Assembly: GCA_963794145.1 (NCBI GenBank)
Contig: CAWCCM010000001.1
Coordinates: 62,910-126,909 of the forward strand
Source: an uncultured Acidimicrobiaceae bacterium
GTDB taxonomy: Bacteria > Actinomycetota > Acidimicrobiia > Acidimicrobiales > RAAP-2
Direction of reading: 5' to 3'
Length of the DNA stretch: 64,000 nt
Positions 53,853 to 62,438 of this stretch are shown here, piece by piece. The position numbers and the translations under genes were made by a program. A model generated the notes under the pieces. The model saw only the letters and a list, made by a program, of their open reading frames with translations, did no database searches and had not been told where the DNA came from. Position 1 is the stretch's first letter; each line of letters opens with the position of its first letter.

Positions 53853-54943
53853 CAGTGGCCGCCGACGGGGGCGTGCACGCGTCCGGTCCTGTTGACGATG
53901 AGCCGGGCCACCAGGTTGACGGCCACCGAGATGATGGCGAGGACGAGCGCCAGCTCGGCCAGCGTGGCCACAGCGAACCCCGTACCGTCGGTCTGGGCGC
54001 CGTCGAGCTGGGTCAGGATGGTGGCCGCCACCGTGGTCATGGGCTGGTAGATGGTCCGGGGGATCTGCAGGATGGCGCCGCCGATCATCACCACGGCGAT
54101 GGTCTCGCCCAGGGCACGGCCGAGGCCGAGCACGGTGGCGCCGATGATGCCCGAGCGCACCCAGGGCAAGGTGACCTTGTTCGCCACCTCCCAGTCCGTC
54201 ATGCCGAGTGCCGACGCCCCCTCCTTGGGGAGCGGGGGCACCTGGGAGAAGAGGTCCCGAGTCGTCGAGGCGATGATGGGGACGATCATGAGAGCGAGCA
54301 CGATGCCGGCCGTGAGGAGGCCCTCACCGCTGCCGTGAGGGTTCCCGAAGTAGCGCAGGATCGGGACGTCGGGCATAGCGTCGGCGATGACCGGGTAGAC
54401 GTGCTGGGCCAGCCAGGGGCCGAAGGTGAGGATCCCCCACAGTCCGATGACGACGCTCGGGATGCCGGCCAGGATCTCGATCGTGAAGCCGAGTGGGCGC
54501 GAGATCCATGTGGGCATCCGCTCGGTCAGCGCGAAGGCTGCCCCGATGGAGAGTGGGACGGCGATGACGATGGCGATGACCGACGACGCCACCGTGCCCC
54601 AGATGATGGCCCAGGCTCCGAACTTCGCACCCTGCAGGTGGGCCACGCCATGGGTGTAGACGGTGTTGGCGTAGGCACCCGTCCCGTAGGTCCAGGTCCG
54701 GCCGTAGAGGAAGTACCAGCCGTTGACCCGGACCGCCGGCCAGGCCTTGACGGCCAGCACCGAGACGGCGAAGACGAGTGCGGTGAGCGGGAGGATCACC
54801 GCGATCCAGGCGGCGACCCGCCAGCCGCTCTCCTCGTTGCGGCGGACGAAGTCAATGGCGCGACGGTGCCGCGGGGGCTTGCCGACCGCGCCGACGGGCG
54901 GCGTGGCGGGGATGTTCCCCGCCACGCCGCCGACGGACGTCAT
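53852..54943 (-). CDS. pstC: Phosphate ABC transporter permease PstC.
   Basis: A 363-aa ORF with KEGASALGMTDWEVANKVTLPWVRSGIIGA. Confidence 0.9.
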   Translation of the reverse strand: MTSVGGVAGNIPATPPVGAVGKPPRHRRAIDFVRRNEESGWRVAAWIAVILPLTALVFAVSVLAVKAWPAVRVNGWYFLYGRTWTYGTGAYANTVYTHGVAHLQGAKFGAWAIIWGTVASSVIAIVIAVPLSIGAAFALTERMPTWISRPLGFTIEILAGIPSVVIGLWGILTFGPWLAQHVYPVIADAMPDVPILRYFGNPHGSGEGLLTAGIVLALMIVPIIASTTRDLFSQVPPLPKEGASALGMTDWEVANKVTLPWVRSGIIGATVLGLGRALGETIAVVMIGGAILQIPRTIYQPMTTVAATILTQLDGAQTDGTGFAVATLAELALVLAIISVAVNLVARLIVNRTGRVHAPVGGH

Positions 54944-56068
54944 CTATTGGATGCCCAGGATCTGCTTGACCGACTGGGCGATCACCTTTGCCGGGAGCGG
55001 CTGGAAGTTGACCTGGTTCAGATATGACGAGGCCGAGCCCTGCTTGGGGTTCATGGCCCACTCGAGCACCGAGCGGATGTTCTTGGCCGTCGACGAGGAC
55101 GACTGGTCGTTCGAGACGATGGCGTACTCGTAGTTGACGATCGGGTAGCCGCCCTTGGCCGGGCCGTAGATCAGCGAGATCGTGCCGTTGGCCGGGGTCT
55201 TCTTCACGAAGTAGGCCGCCTCGGCCTGGATGGCCGACGCGTTCGGGAGGACGTACTGGCCCTTTGCGTTCCCCAGCGCGGCGTAGCCAAGCCCGGCCTG
55301 GAGCACCTGCGTCTGGTAGCTGATGCCGATGTAGGCGATGCAGCCCACCGTGGCCTTGCAACCCGAGACCATGCCCGAGTTTCCGGTCTCACCGAGGGCG
55401 CCCGGAGCGTTTGGCCACGGCACGGTGGTGTTGTACCCGATCTTGGTGCCCCAGCCCGACGGGTCGGCCTTCGACAGGTAGCTGGTGAAGATGAACGTGT
55501 CACCGCTGCTGTCCGAGCGGTGCAGGGCCACGATCGGCGTGGCCGGCAGCGTGACCCCGGGGTTGGCGCTGGCGATCGCCGAGTTGTTCCAGCTCGTGAT
55601 CTGGCCCTGGTAGATCTGCGAGATCACCTTGCCGCTCAGCTTGAGGTGCGCCGTCACGCCCGGGACGTTGTAGGCCACCAACTGGGCCGAGATGGCCAGC
55701 GGGATGTTCTTCAGGTGCGGGCTGGCCTGCGTCACGCTGGGCGACAAGTAGGCGTCGGAAGCACCGATGTCGATGGTCCCGTTCTCCGCGTCGGAGATCC
55801 CGGTGCCCGATCCCGTGGCGGCCGTCTGGATGGTCGTGTTGGAGTACTTCTCGTTGTACCCGCTGGCCCACAGGTTGAAGAGCGGGTACAACAGGGTGCT
55901 CCCCGTCTCGGTCACCTGGCCGCCGGCCGGCTTCTCCACGCCGCCCGAGGGCAGCTTGACGCTCGCCGACGCCGGCGAGGCCAGAACAGCCGACCCGAGG
56001 GCCAGTCCGGACGCTGCCGCGACCAACAGCCCACGCGTGAGGCGTGCCGCGCGCATCGATGTCTTCAC
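54944..56068 (-). CDS. pstS: Phosphate-binding protein PstS.
   Basis: ORF 54944..56092. The GTG at 56068 is preceded by gaaggagag. A signal peptide is followed by TGSTLLYPLF, AATGSGTGI and ASDAYL. Confidence 0.9.
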   Translation of the reverse strand: MKTSMRAARLTRGLLVAAASGLALGSAVLASPASASVKLPSGGVEKPAGGQVTETGSTLLYPLFNLWASGYNEKYSNTTIQTAATGSGTGISDAENGTIDIGASDAYLSPSVTQASPHLKNIPLAISAQLVAYNVPGVTAHLKLSGKVISQIYQGQITSWNNSAIASANPGVTLPATPIVALHRSDSSGDTFIFTSYLSKADPSGWGTKIGYNTTVPWPNAPGALGETGNSGMVSGCKATVGCIAYIGISYQTQVLQAGLGYAALGNAKGQYVLPNASAIQAEAAYFVKKTPANGTISLIYGPAKGGYPIVNYEYAIVSNDQSSSSTAKNIRSVLEWAMNPKQGSASSYLNQVNFQPLPAKVIAQSVKQILGIQ

Positions 56069-56176
56069 AGGATCTCTCCTTCTTGGTTTCATGCTTGCTT
56101 TGGGTTGGTGTGTCGATCTGCCGCCGTCCGGCGGGGGGCGTGTCCGTGACCTCGGCCACCGGACGGCGCGGCGCTC

Positions 56177-57073
56177 CTAGCCCATGCGCCCCGTGACGTA
56201 GCGCTCAGTGTCGGGGTGCTTGGGATTGTTGAAGAGCTCGTCCGTGGAACCGTGCTCCGTCAGCTTCCCTTGGTAGAAGAACATCGTCTGGTGCGACACC
56301 CGCATGGCCTGGCCCAGGTTGTGCGTCACCACGATGAGGGTGAGCGCGGGCGTGAGCGTCTTGAGCAGTGCTTCGATCGATTCCGTGGTCACCGGGTCGA
56401 GCGAGGAGGTCGGCTCGTCGAGCAGGAGCACCTCCGGCCCGACGGCCAGCGCCCGGGCGAGGCAGAGCAGCTGCTGCTGTCCGCCCGAGAGGCGGAAGGG
56501 CGAGTCGTTTAGCCTGTCCTTCACCGCGTCCCACAGCCCGACCTCGCGTAAGCGCTGCTCGCACACGACGTCGAGCTGCTTGCCCTTGGCGATCCGGTGC
56601 GCCTTCACGCCAGCCACGACGTTGTCCCTGATCGACATCGGGAACGGGTTGGGGCGCTGGAAGACCATCCCGATCCGGCGGCGCAGCGTCAGCAGGTCGA
56701 CGTGCTGGGACCACAGGCTCTCGTCGTCGAGCGTCACGTCACCGGTGCGGCTGAAGCCCGGCACCCGGTCGTTCATCCGGTTGAGCGTGCGTAGGAAGGT
56801 GGACTTGCCCGATCCCGTGGGCCCGATGAGGGCGGTGATGGATCCGCGCCGCATGGACACGTTGATGTCGTTGAGGATGATCCGGCCCGAGAACCCGAGC
56901 GACAGCTTGATCGATTGCATCACACATTCCGGCCGGTTGGAGTCGGGGTCGAGCGCCTCGAGTGCCTTGTCGACCTCGGCGGTCGGAATCTGGGTCGTGA
57001 CGGGTGGTTTGCCGGTCCCGGTGATCTCGCCGTCAGCCACTCTCAGGACGGTACCCAGGCCAAGTGAACGCAC
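56177..57073 (-). CDS. pstB: Phosphate ABC transporter ATP-binding protein PstB.
   Basis: Motifs are GPTGSGKSTFLRTLNRMND, VFQRPNPFPMSIRDNV, LSGGQQQLLCLARAL and LLLDEPTSSLD. The start is GTG 57073 or ATG 56920. Confidence 0.95.
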   Translation of the reverse strand: MRSLGLGTVLRVADGEITGTGKPPVTTQIPTAEVDKALEALDPDSNRPECVMQSIKLSLGFSGRIILNDINVSMRRGSITALIGPTGSGKSTFLRTLNRMNDRVPGFSRTGDVTLDDESLWSQHVDLLTLRRRIGMVFQRPNPFPMSIRDNVVAGVKAHRIAKGKQLDVVCEQRLREVGLWDAVKDRLNDSPFRLSGGQQQLLCLARALAVGPEVLLLDEPTSSLDPVTTESIEALLKTLTPALTLIVVTHNLGQAMRVSHQTMFFYQGKLTEHGSTDELFNNPKHPDTERYVTGRMG

Positions 57074-57095
57074 GGCAACAGGAGTGCAACCTCCG

Positions 57096-57139
57096 GGTGA
57101 ACAGTTCCTAATGCTCTTCTGAACGCCGCTCTGAACGCC
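57096..57139 (-). promoter_or_regulatory. Pho-box-like direct repeats upstream of pstB. On the coding strand the sequence is GGCGTTCAGAgcGGCGTTCAGAag-N14-GTTCACC.
   Basis: GTTCA cores recur at 12-nt and 22-nt spacing. This resembles the actinobacterial PhoP direct-repeat unit GTTCACC with its period of about 11 nt. Confidence 0.4.
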
Positions 57140-57180
57140 CTTTTGGGCGCCTCACCCCGGTGCCGGCCTGCGTCCGGCGG

Positions 57181-58110
57181 TCAGGACCGGCGCGGGGTGC
57201 CCAGGCCGCCGGTCTCCGTCGTGGCCGGGCCCACGCGGTCCATGGCCGACCGGTGGGCCGCCGCGATGGCCGAGACGATGCCGGGTGCCCACGCCACCAC
57301 CGCCAGGTACGCCAGGGCGGCCGGGATGGCGAGGGCCAGGGCGGTGCCGCTCGAGAAGAACGCGCTCACCCCGGCCGCCACGCCCAGGATCTCGCCCGCC
57401 AGCCAGGCCAGCCACCAGTGGAAGACACGGGCGCGGTGCGGGTCGTCTGCCGGCAGGCAGTCGCGCACCGCCAGGTAGGGCATCCACAGGTTGACGATGG
57501 GGACGAACCAACAGCCCACCCCCCACGCGGGCGACATGCCCGAGGGGATGCCGAGCGCGCGGCCTGCCGAGGCGGCACGGTGTTGCCACACCAGCGCCAC
57601 GATCGCAGCGGCGATGAACAGGAGCCCGACCACGAGGCTGGCCGGCGTGGTCGTGCTGGGGCCGTTGTAGGGCGGTGGCGTGATGTTGTGCTGTGTGTCG
57701 CGCCAGACCACACGGAAGTAGTCCCCATAGGCGAGCAGCCGGTCCTCGCTCAACCGGGTGATCACCAGGTTGGCGATGGCGCAGACGGCCGGCACCGCCA
57801 CCGCGACGCGCCCGACGCGGGACATGCGCTGCTCCGCCTCGAGCCGTGCGCCGGTGTTGAAGGTGGTCAGCCGCTCGGAGGCCACGGCCCATGGCGCCAC
57901 CTGCGCGACCTGGCCGGCGCGAGGTGGGGGTGCCGTGGCCCAGGGCGGTGGCGGTGGTCGCTCCGGGAGCACGGTGGCGTCGGTCCAGGCGTACCCGTCC
58001 CACCAGCGCTGGCCCGGGCCCCCGGCCGGGTCGGGGTACCAGCCCGGGGGTGCACCGGGGTACCCGGTGGTCTCGCTCACCTCCTCATCCTGCCAAACGC
58101 CGCCCGGCAC
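57181..58110 (-). CDS. DUF2510 (N-terminal GWYPDP motif) plus DUF4328-like membrane protein.
   Basis: The motif PPGWYPDPAGGPGQRWWDGYAWT is followed by four TM segments containing WFVPIVNLWMPYLAVRD. Confidence 0.8.
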   Translation of the reverse strand: MPGGVWQDEEVSETTGYPGAPPGWYPDPAGGPGQRWWDGYAWTDATVLPERPPPPPWATAPPPRAGQVAQVAPWAVASERLTTFNTGARLEAEQRMSRVGRVAVAVPAVCAIANLVITRLSEDRLLAYGDYFRVVWRDTQHNITPPPYNGPSTTTPASLVVGLLFIAAAIVALVWQHRAASAGRALGIPSGMSPAWGVGCWFVPIVNLWMPYLAVRDCLPADDPHRARVFHWWLAWLAGEILGVAAGVSAFFSSGTALALAIPAALAYLAVVAWAPGIVSAIAAAHRSAMDRVGPATTETGGLGTPRRS

Positions 58111-58168
58111 CTGGTGCCGCGCGACCTATGGGTGGGGCCAGGCCGGCACCAGGGCGGGGTGCCGTAGG

Positions 58169-59116
58169 GTGGCTGCGATCCGCGTCTTCGTGGCCGGCGG
58201 CACCGGCGCCATCGGGCGTCCCCTCGTGGCGGCGATGGCTGCGCAGGGGCACGACGTCACCGTCTTCTCCCGGAGCGCGGGGCGGGTGGCCGGCCTGGGC
58301 GTGCCCCACGTCGTCCCGGCGGTCGGCGACGCCTTCGACCCCAGGACTCTCGCCCGGGCGGTCGAGGCGGCGCGCCCAGAGGTCGTCGTGAACCAGCTGA
58401 CCAGCCTGTCGCAGTCGGCGAATCCGGTCGCGGTCAAGCGCGGCCTCGATGCCACCGGCCGCCTGCGCCGCGAGGTCTCGGCCCAACTGGTCGCGGCCGC
58501 GCGGAGTGCCGGGGCCCGGCGCGTCGTCGCCCAGAGCATCTCGTTCGCCTACCGCCCCGGGCCGGGCGCCCGGACGGAAGCGGACCCGCTGTGGACCGAC
58601 GGTCCCGGTCAGATCGCCGAGCTGGCCGGCTCACTCGCCGCGCTCGAAGCCGCCACGTTGGGCGATGCGACGATCGAGGGCGTCGTGCTGCGCTACGGTG
58701 CCTTCTACGGGCCCGGCACGTACCTCGCGCCGGGCGGCATGTACACCACGATGATCGCCAAGCGGCGGCTCCCGGTGCCGGGCTCGGGCGCCGGCCTCTT
58801 CGGCTTCGTGCACACCGACGACGCGGCCGCCGCGACGGTGGCGGCCCTCGACGGTCCGACGGGAGTCTTCAACGTGGTCGACGACGTGCCGGCCCCGGTG
58901 TGCGAGTGGGTGCCCGTCGTGGCGGAGCGCACCGGCGCGAAGCCGCCCCGCCGAGTGCCCGAGGCGGTGTTCCGCGTCAGCGCCGGCCGCTTCTTGACTT
59001 ACTTGATGTGCGAGCAGCCCGCGGTCTCCAATGCGCGGGCTCGTGCCGAACTCGGGTGGGTGCCGCGGCACCCCGACTGGCACGTGGGGCTGCCCGAGGC
59101 CGTCGCCGGCTCCTGA
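58169..59116 (+). CDS. NAD-dependent epimerase/dehydratase-family (atypical SDR) protein.
   Basis: It lies inside ORF 57758..59116. The GTG at 58169 gives VAAIRVFVAGGTGAIGRPLV (a Rossmann GxxGxxG motif). Confidence 0.8.
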   Translation: MAAIRVFVAGGTGAIGRPLVAAMAAQGHDVTVFSRSAGRVAGLGVPHVVPAVGDAFDPRTLARAVEAARPEVVVNQLTSLSQSANPVAVKRGLDATGRLRREVSAQLVAAARSAGARRVVAQSISFAYRPGPGARTEADPLWTDGPGQIAELAGSLAALEAATLGDATIEGVVLRYGAFYGPGTYLAPGGMYTTMIAKRRLPVPGSGAGLFGFVHTDDAAAATVAALDGPTGVFNVVDDVPAPVCEWVPVVAERTGAKPPRRVPEAVFRVSAGRFLTYLMCEQPAVSNARARAELGWVPRHPDWHVGLPEAVAGS

Positions 59117-60311
59117 TCACGTCCCGACCGGGAGGCCCAGGACGGCGCCCACGGCGCCGGCGACCCCGGCGGCGACCAGCGTGAGGACGACGCTCCGCCG
59201 CAGGCCGATCACTGCGACCAGGGCGGCACCGAGGATCACCACCTGCCAGCCCTGCGTGATGGCCAACGCGAGGGGGACCGCGGCCCCGGCGATGGCGCCG
59301 ACCGCGGCCGGGCCGGCGCCGCCCAGGAAGGACTGGGCAGCACGGTTGATCCGCAGGGCCTCGAAGTGGCGGCCCACCGTGAGAACGAGCGCGAACGAGG
59401 GAGCGAAGGCGAACAGCGCGGCCAGGAGCGCGCCGCCCACCCCCGCCGCGGCGTAGCCCACGACCGAGACGGTCTGCACGACGGGACCGGGTGTGATCTG
59501 GCCCAGCGCGACCGCGTTGAGGAACTGGGTGCCGGTCATCCAGTGGTAGCGGTGCACGGCGTCGGCCTGCATCAGCGGGATGATCACGAAGCCACCGCCG
59601 AAGGACAGCGCGCCAACCTTCAGCGCCACCCAGCTCGAGCGCGCCGAGGCCACCGGTGGCGACGAGCGCGACCGGCACGGCAACGACGCTCCGCAGGCGG
59701 TCAGGCGGCCGGAGCGCGCCGTCGAGCGCCAGCTCGAGCAGCCCACAGGCGAGCAGCACCAGCACCAGGAACGGCCCCACGGTCGCAGCCGCCACACCAC
59801 CCGCCACGGCGTAGGCGACCCACCGTGCCCGGCGCGCCGTCGCCCGCCCCGCACGGCGCCAGCTGGCGGGCACGAGGCCGAGTGCGGCGCTGACGGCCAC
59901 CGGGGCGACGGCCGCGCCGGCACCGAGCGCAGCACCCCTGACCCACGTGGGCGGATCAGAGGCCAGGAAGAGGACGGACAGGGCGATGATCAGGACCAGG
60001 CCCGGGACGATGAAGCAGGCGCCACCGACGAGCGCCCCGCGCACCCCGCGCAGGCGCCATGCACAGAAGATGGCCAGTTGCGTCGACGCCGGACCGGGCA
60101 GCAAGTTCGTGGCGGCGATGGCGTCCTCGAACTCGCTCTCGTCGATCCACCGCTCGTGCTCGACCATCAGCCGGCGCAGCATGGCGATGTGCGTCGGAGG
60201 CCCGCCGAACCCGGTGCAGCCGATGCGGACCCACTCCTTGGCCACCGTGGCCAGCGACACGTCGGGCCGCCCGTCGGGCGTGGGCTCCTCGGGGGCCGCC
60301 GGGTCCGGCAT
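59117..60311 (-). pseudogene. chrA: Chromate transporter ChrA (long two-domain form) with one frameshift near 59632-59640.
   Basis: The N-terminal half is ORF 58977..60311 (RIGCTGFGGPPTHIAMLRRLMVEHERWIDESEFEDAIAATNLLPGPASTQL). The C-terminal half is ORF 59117..59935 (WVALKVGALSFGGGFVIIPLMQADAV..GQITPGPVV). Confidence 0.8.
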
Positions 60312-60359
60312 GCCCTTATGTTCGCGTGACAGGCGTCCGGGGCGGCGTTGGCGGGGTGC

Positions 60360-61220
60360 TCAGAGGAGGATTGGTGCCATCTCCTCGAGCGCGGCGATGT
60401 GGGCGTCGGTGTTCGGCAGGCCGGCGTGCATCGTGTTGAGCGAGAGGTGGGTGGCCCCCGCCTCGCGCCAGCGACCCGCGTGCTCCGCGATTGCGTCGTG
60501 GTCGCGCACGCTGTACTCGAGCCTGCCCTCGAACTGGAAGCCCGAGAGGTCGCGCCCTGCCTCGGCAGCCCCTTCGCGGACAAGTTGGTAGGCCTCTTCG
60601 AGGCCCCCGTGCGGACGGTGCATGGGGAACCAGCCGTCGGCCACCCGCCCGACGCGGCGCAGGGCGGAGGGCGCGAAGGCGCCCAGCCAGATCGGGATGG
60701 GTCGCTGCACGGGGAGGGGGGCGAGGCCCGAGGCCTCGATCCGGTGGTACCGGCCCTCGAGCGTGACGCTCGTGGTGGTCCACAGCGCCCGCAGCACCGC
60801 GATCTGCTCCTCCAGGATGGACGCCCGCTCACCGAACGCGACGCCCAGGGCGTCGTACTCCAGCTTGTTCCAGCCGATCCCGAGCCCGAGACGGAAGCGC
60901 CCGCCGCACAGGAGGTCGAGCTCGGCTGCCTGCTTGGCCAGGAGGGCCGTCTGCCGTTGTGGCCCGATGAGGATCGACGTGGCGAACGAGAGGTTTGTGC
61001 AGCCGGCGAGATAGGCGAACATCATCAGCGGCTCCCTGAAGGTGTCGTCGATGGTGTAGGGCCCGCCGAGGTCGCCCAGCACGGCCGGGTCACCACCGAG
61101 AACGTGGTCGTAGGCGGCCAGGTGCGAGTAACCGAGGTCGTCGGCGGCCTGGCCGATGGCGCGGACCGCACCGCGGTCGCCGCCCACTTCGGTCTGCGGG
61201 AAGATGACGCCGATCTCCAT
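60360..61220 (-). CDS. Luciferase-like (LLM class) F420-dependent oxidoreductase.
   Basis: The 286-aa sequence begins MEIGVIFPQTEVGGD and contains LGLGIGWNKLEYDALG. Confidence 0.85.
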   Translation of the reverse strand: MEIGVIFPQTEVGGDRGAVRAIGQAADDLGYSHLAAYDHVLGGDPAVLGDLGGPYTIDDTFREPLMMFAYLAGCTNLSFATSILIGPQRQTALLAKQAAELDLLCGGRFRLGLGIGWNKLEYDALGVAFGERASILEEQIAVLRALWTTTSVTLEGRYHRIEASGLAPLPVQRPIPIWLGAFAPSALRRVGRVADGWFPMHRPHGGLEEAYQLVREGAAEAGRDLSGFQFEGRLEYSVRDHDAIAEHAGRWREAGATHLSLNTMHAGLPNTDAHIAALEEMAPILL

Positions 61221-61369
61221 GGGCGCCAGTCTGCCCCGGCGGCGATCCCGCGGGCGACGAGCCCGCGAGCCGCGCGTATACGGCGCGAGGGAAGTCTCCC
61301 GTGGCGCCGTCTACGGCCCGCGACTCATCCCTGGACACACTCAGGACGGTGCCCGCTACCTTGGGCACG

Positions 61370-62299
61370 ATGAAGCTGCGCATCTTCACCGAGCCCCAGC
61401 AGGGTGCCACCTACGACCAGCTCGTCACCGTGGCCAAGGCAGCCGAGGCGGCCGGCTTCGACGCCTTCTTCCGTTCCGACCACTTCTTGACCATGGGCGG
61501 CGACGGGCTCCCCGGCCCCACCGACGCGTGGGTCACCCTGGGCGGGATCGCCCGGGAGACCGAACGGATCCGCCTCGGCACCTTGGTCACCTCGTCGACG
61601 TTCCGCCTGCCCGGGATGCTGGCGGTGCAAGTGGCACAGGTGGACGCCATGAGCGGCGGCCGGGTCGAGCTCGGACTCGGCACGGGGTGGTACGACGCCG
61701 AGCACACCGCCTACGGCGTGCCCTTCCCACCGCTCGGCGAGCGCTTCGAACGCCTCGAGGAGCAGTTCACCGTCATCAAGGGGCTCTGGGAGACACCCCC
61801 AGGCTCAACCTTCGACTTCGCCGGGACGCACTACCAGCTCAGGGACAGCCCGGCCCTGCCCAAGCCGGTGCAGCGCCCGCACCCGCCGCTCATCGTCGGT
61901 GGCGGCGGCCCGAAGCGGACGCCGCGTCTCGCCGCCACCTACGCCGACGAGTTCAACCTTCCGTTCTGCCTACCTTTGGACACCGAGGCCCAGTTCGCCC
62001 GGGTGCGCGCCGCGTGCGAGACACGCGACCGCGACCCCGCCACCCTCCGGTTGTCCGCGGCACAGATCGTGTGCTGCGGGGCCGACGAGGCCGAGGTGCA
62101 ACGCCGGGCGGCCAACATCGGCCGCCAGCCCGACGAGCTGCGCGTGAACGGCGCGGCGGGGACGCCCGCCGAGGTGGTGGACCGCCTCAGGGTGTTCGCC
62201 GCCATCGGTGCCGAGACGATGTACCTCCAAGTGCTCGATCTCGACGACCTGGAACACCTGGAGCTTCTCGCCGCCGAGGTCCTGCCGCACGTCGCCTGA
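61370..62299 (+). CDS. Luciferase-like (LLM class) F420-dependent oxidoreductase.
   Basis: It lies inside ORF 61301..62299 and begins MKLRIFTEPQQGATYDQL. Motifs FRSDHF and ELGLGTGWYDAEH are present. Confidence 0.85.
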   Translation: MKLRIFTEPQQGATYDQLVTVAKAAEAAGFDAFFRSDHFLTMGGDGLPGPTDAWVTLGGIARETERIRLGTLVTSSTFRLPGMLAVQVAQVDAMSGGRVELGLGTGWYDAEHTAYGVPFPPLGERFERLEEQFTVIKGLWETPPGSTFDFAGTHYQLRDSPALPKPVQRPHPPLIVGGGGPKRTPRLAATYADEFNLPFCLPLDTEAQFARVRAACETRDRDPATLRLSAAQIVCCGADEAEVQRRAANIGRQPDELRVNGAAGTPAEVVDRLRVFAAIGAETMYLQVLDLDDLEHLELLAAEVLPHVA

Positions 62300-62438
62300 G
62301 CAGGAGCGTCGTCCGCGCCGCCAGGAGCGGCCGGCCGCCCGGTCCGCGCCGGCACACGCGCCGTTACGCTTGGGCCCGGTCGGGGAGCAGGTCCAACCCC
62401 GGCCCCGGGGCGGGACCGGACGGCGAGGGGAGGACGAC

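Noticed and set aside
56131-56175. The inverted repeat gccgtccgg...ccggacggc between pstB and pstS, considered as an attenuator or terminator.
   Set aside because: It has a 9-bp stem but a loop of about 27 nt and no U-tract, and similar GC-rich pairings are frequent by chance in this composition.
52866-57073. The gene order pstB-pstS-pstC-pstA, instead of pstSCAB, considered as a novelty or rearrangement.
   Set aside because: The same order is established for a mycobacterial pst locus (pstB-pstS1-pstC1-pstA2), so it is lineage-typical rather than unusual.
59117-60311. ChrA interpreted as a natural split pair of short chromate-transporter genes rather than a frameshifted long form.
   Set aside because: The N-terminal half has no stop near the junction; its frame runs on for more than 200 nonsense codons to 58977. 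The two halves join seamlessly with a 1-nt correction (..ATGGLGAL / WVALKVGALSFGGG..).
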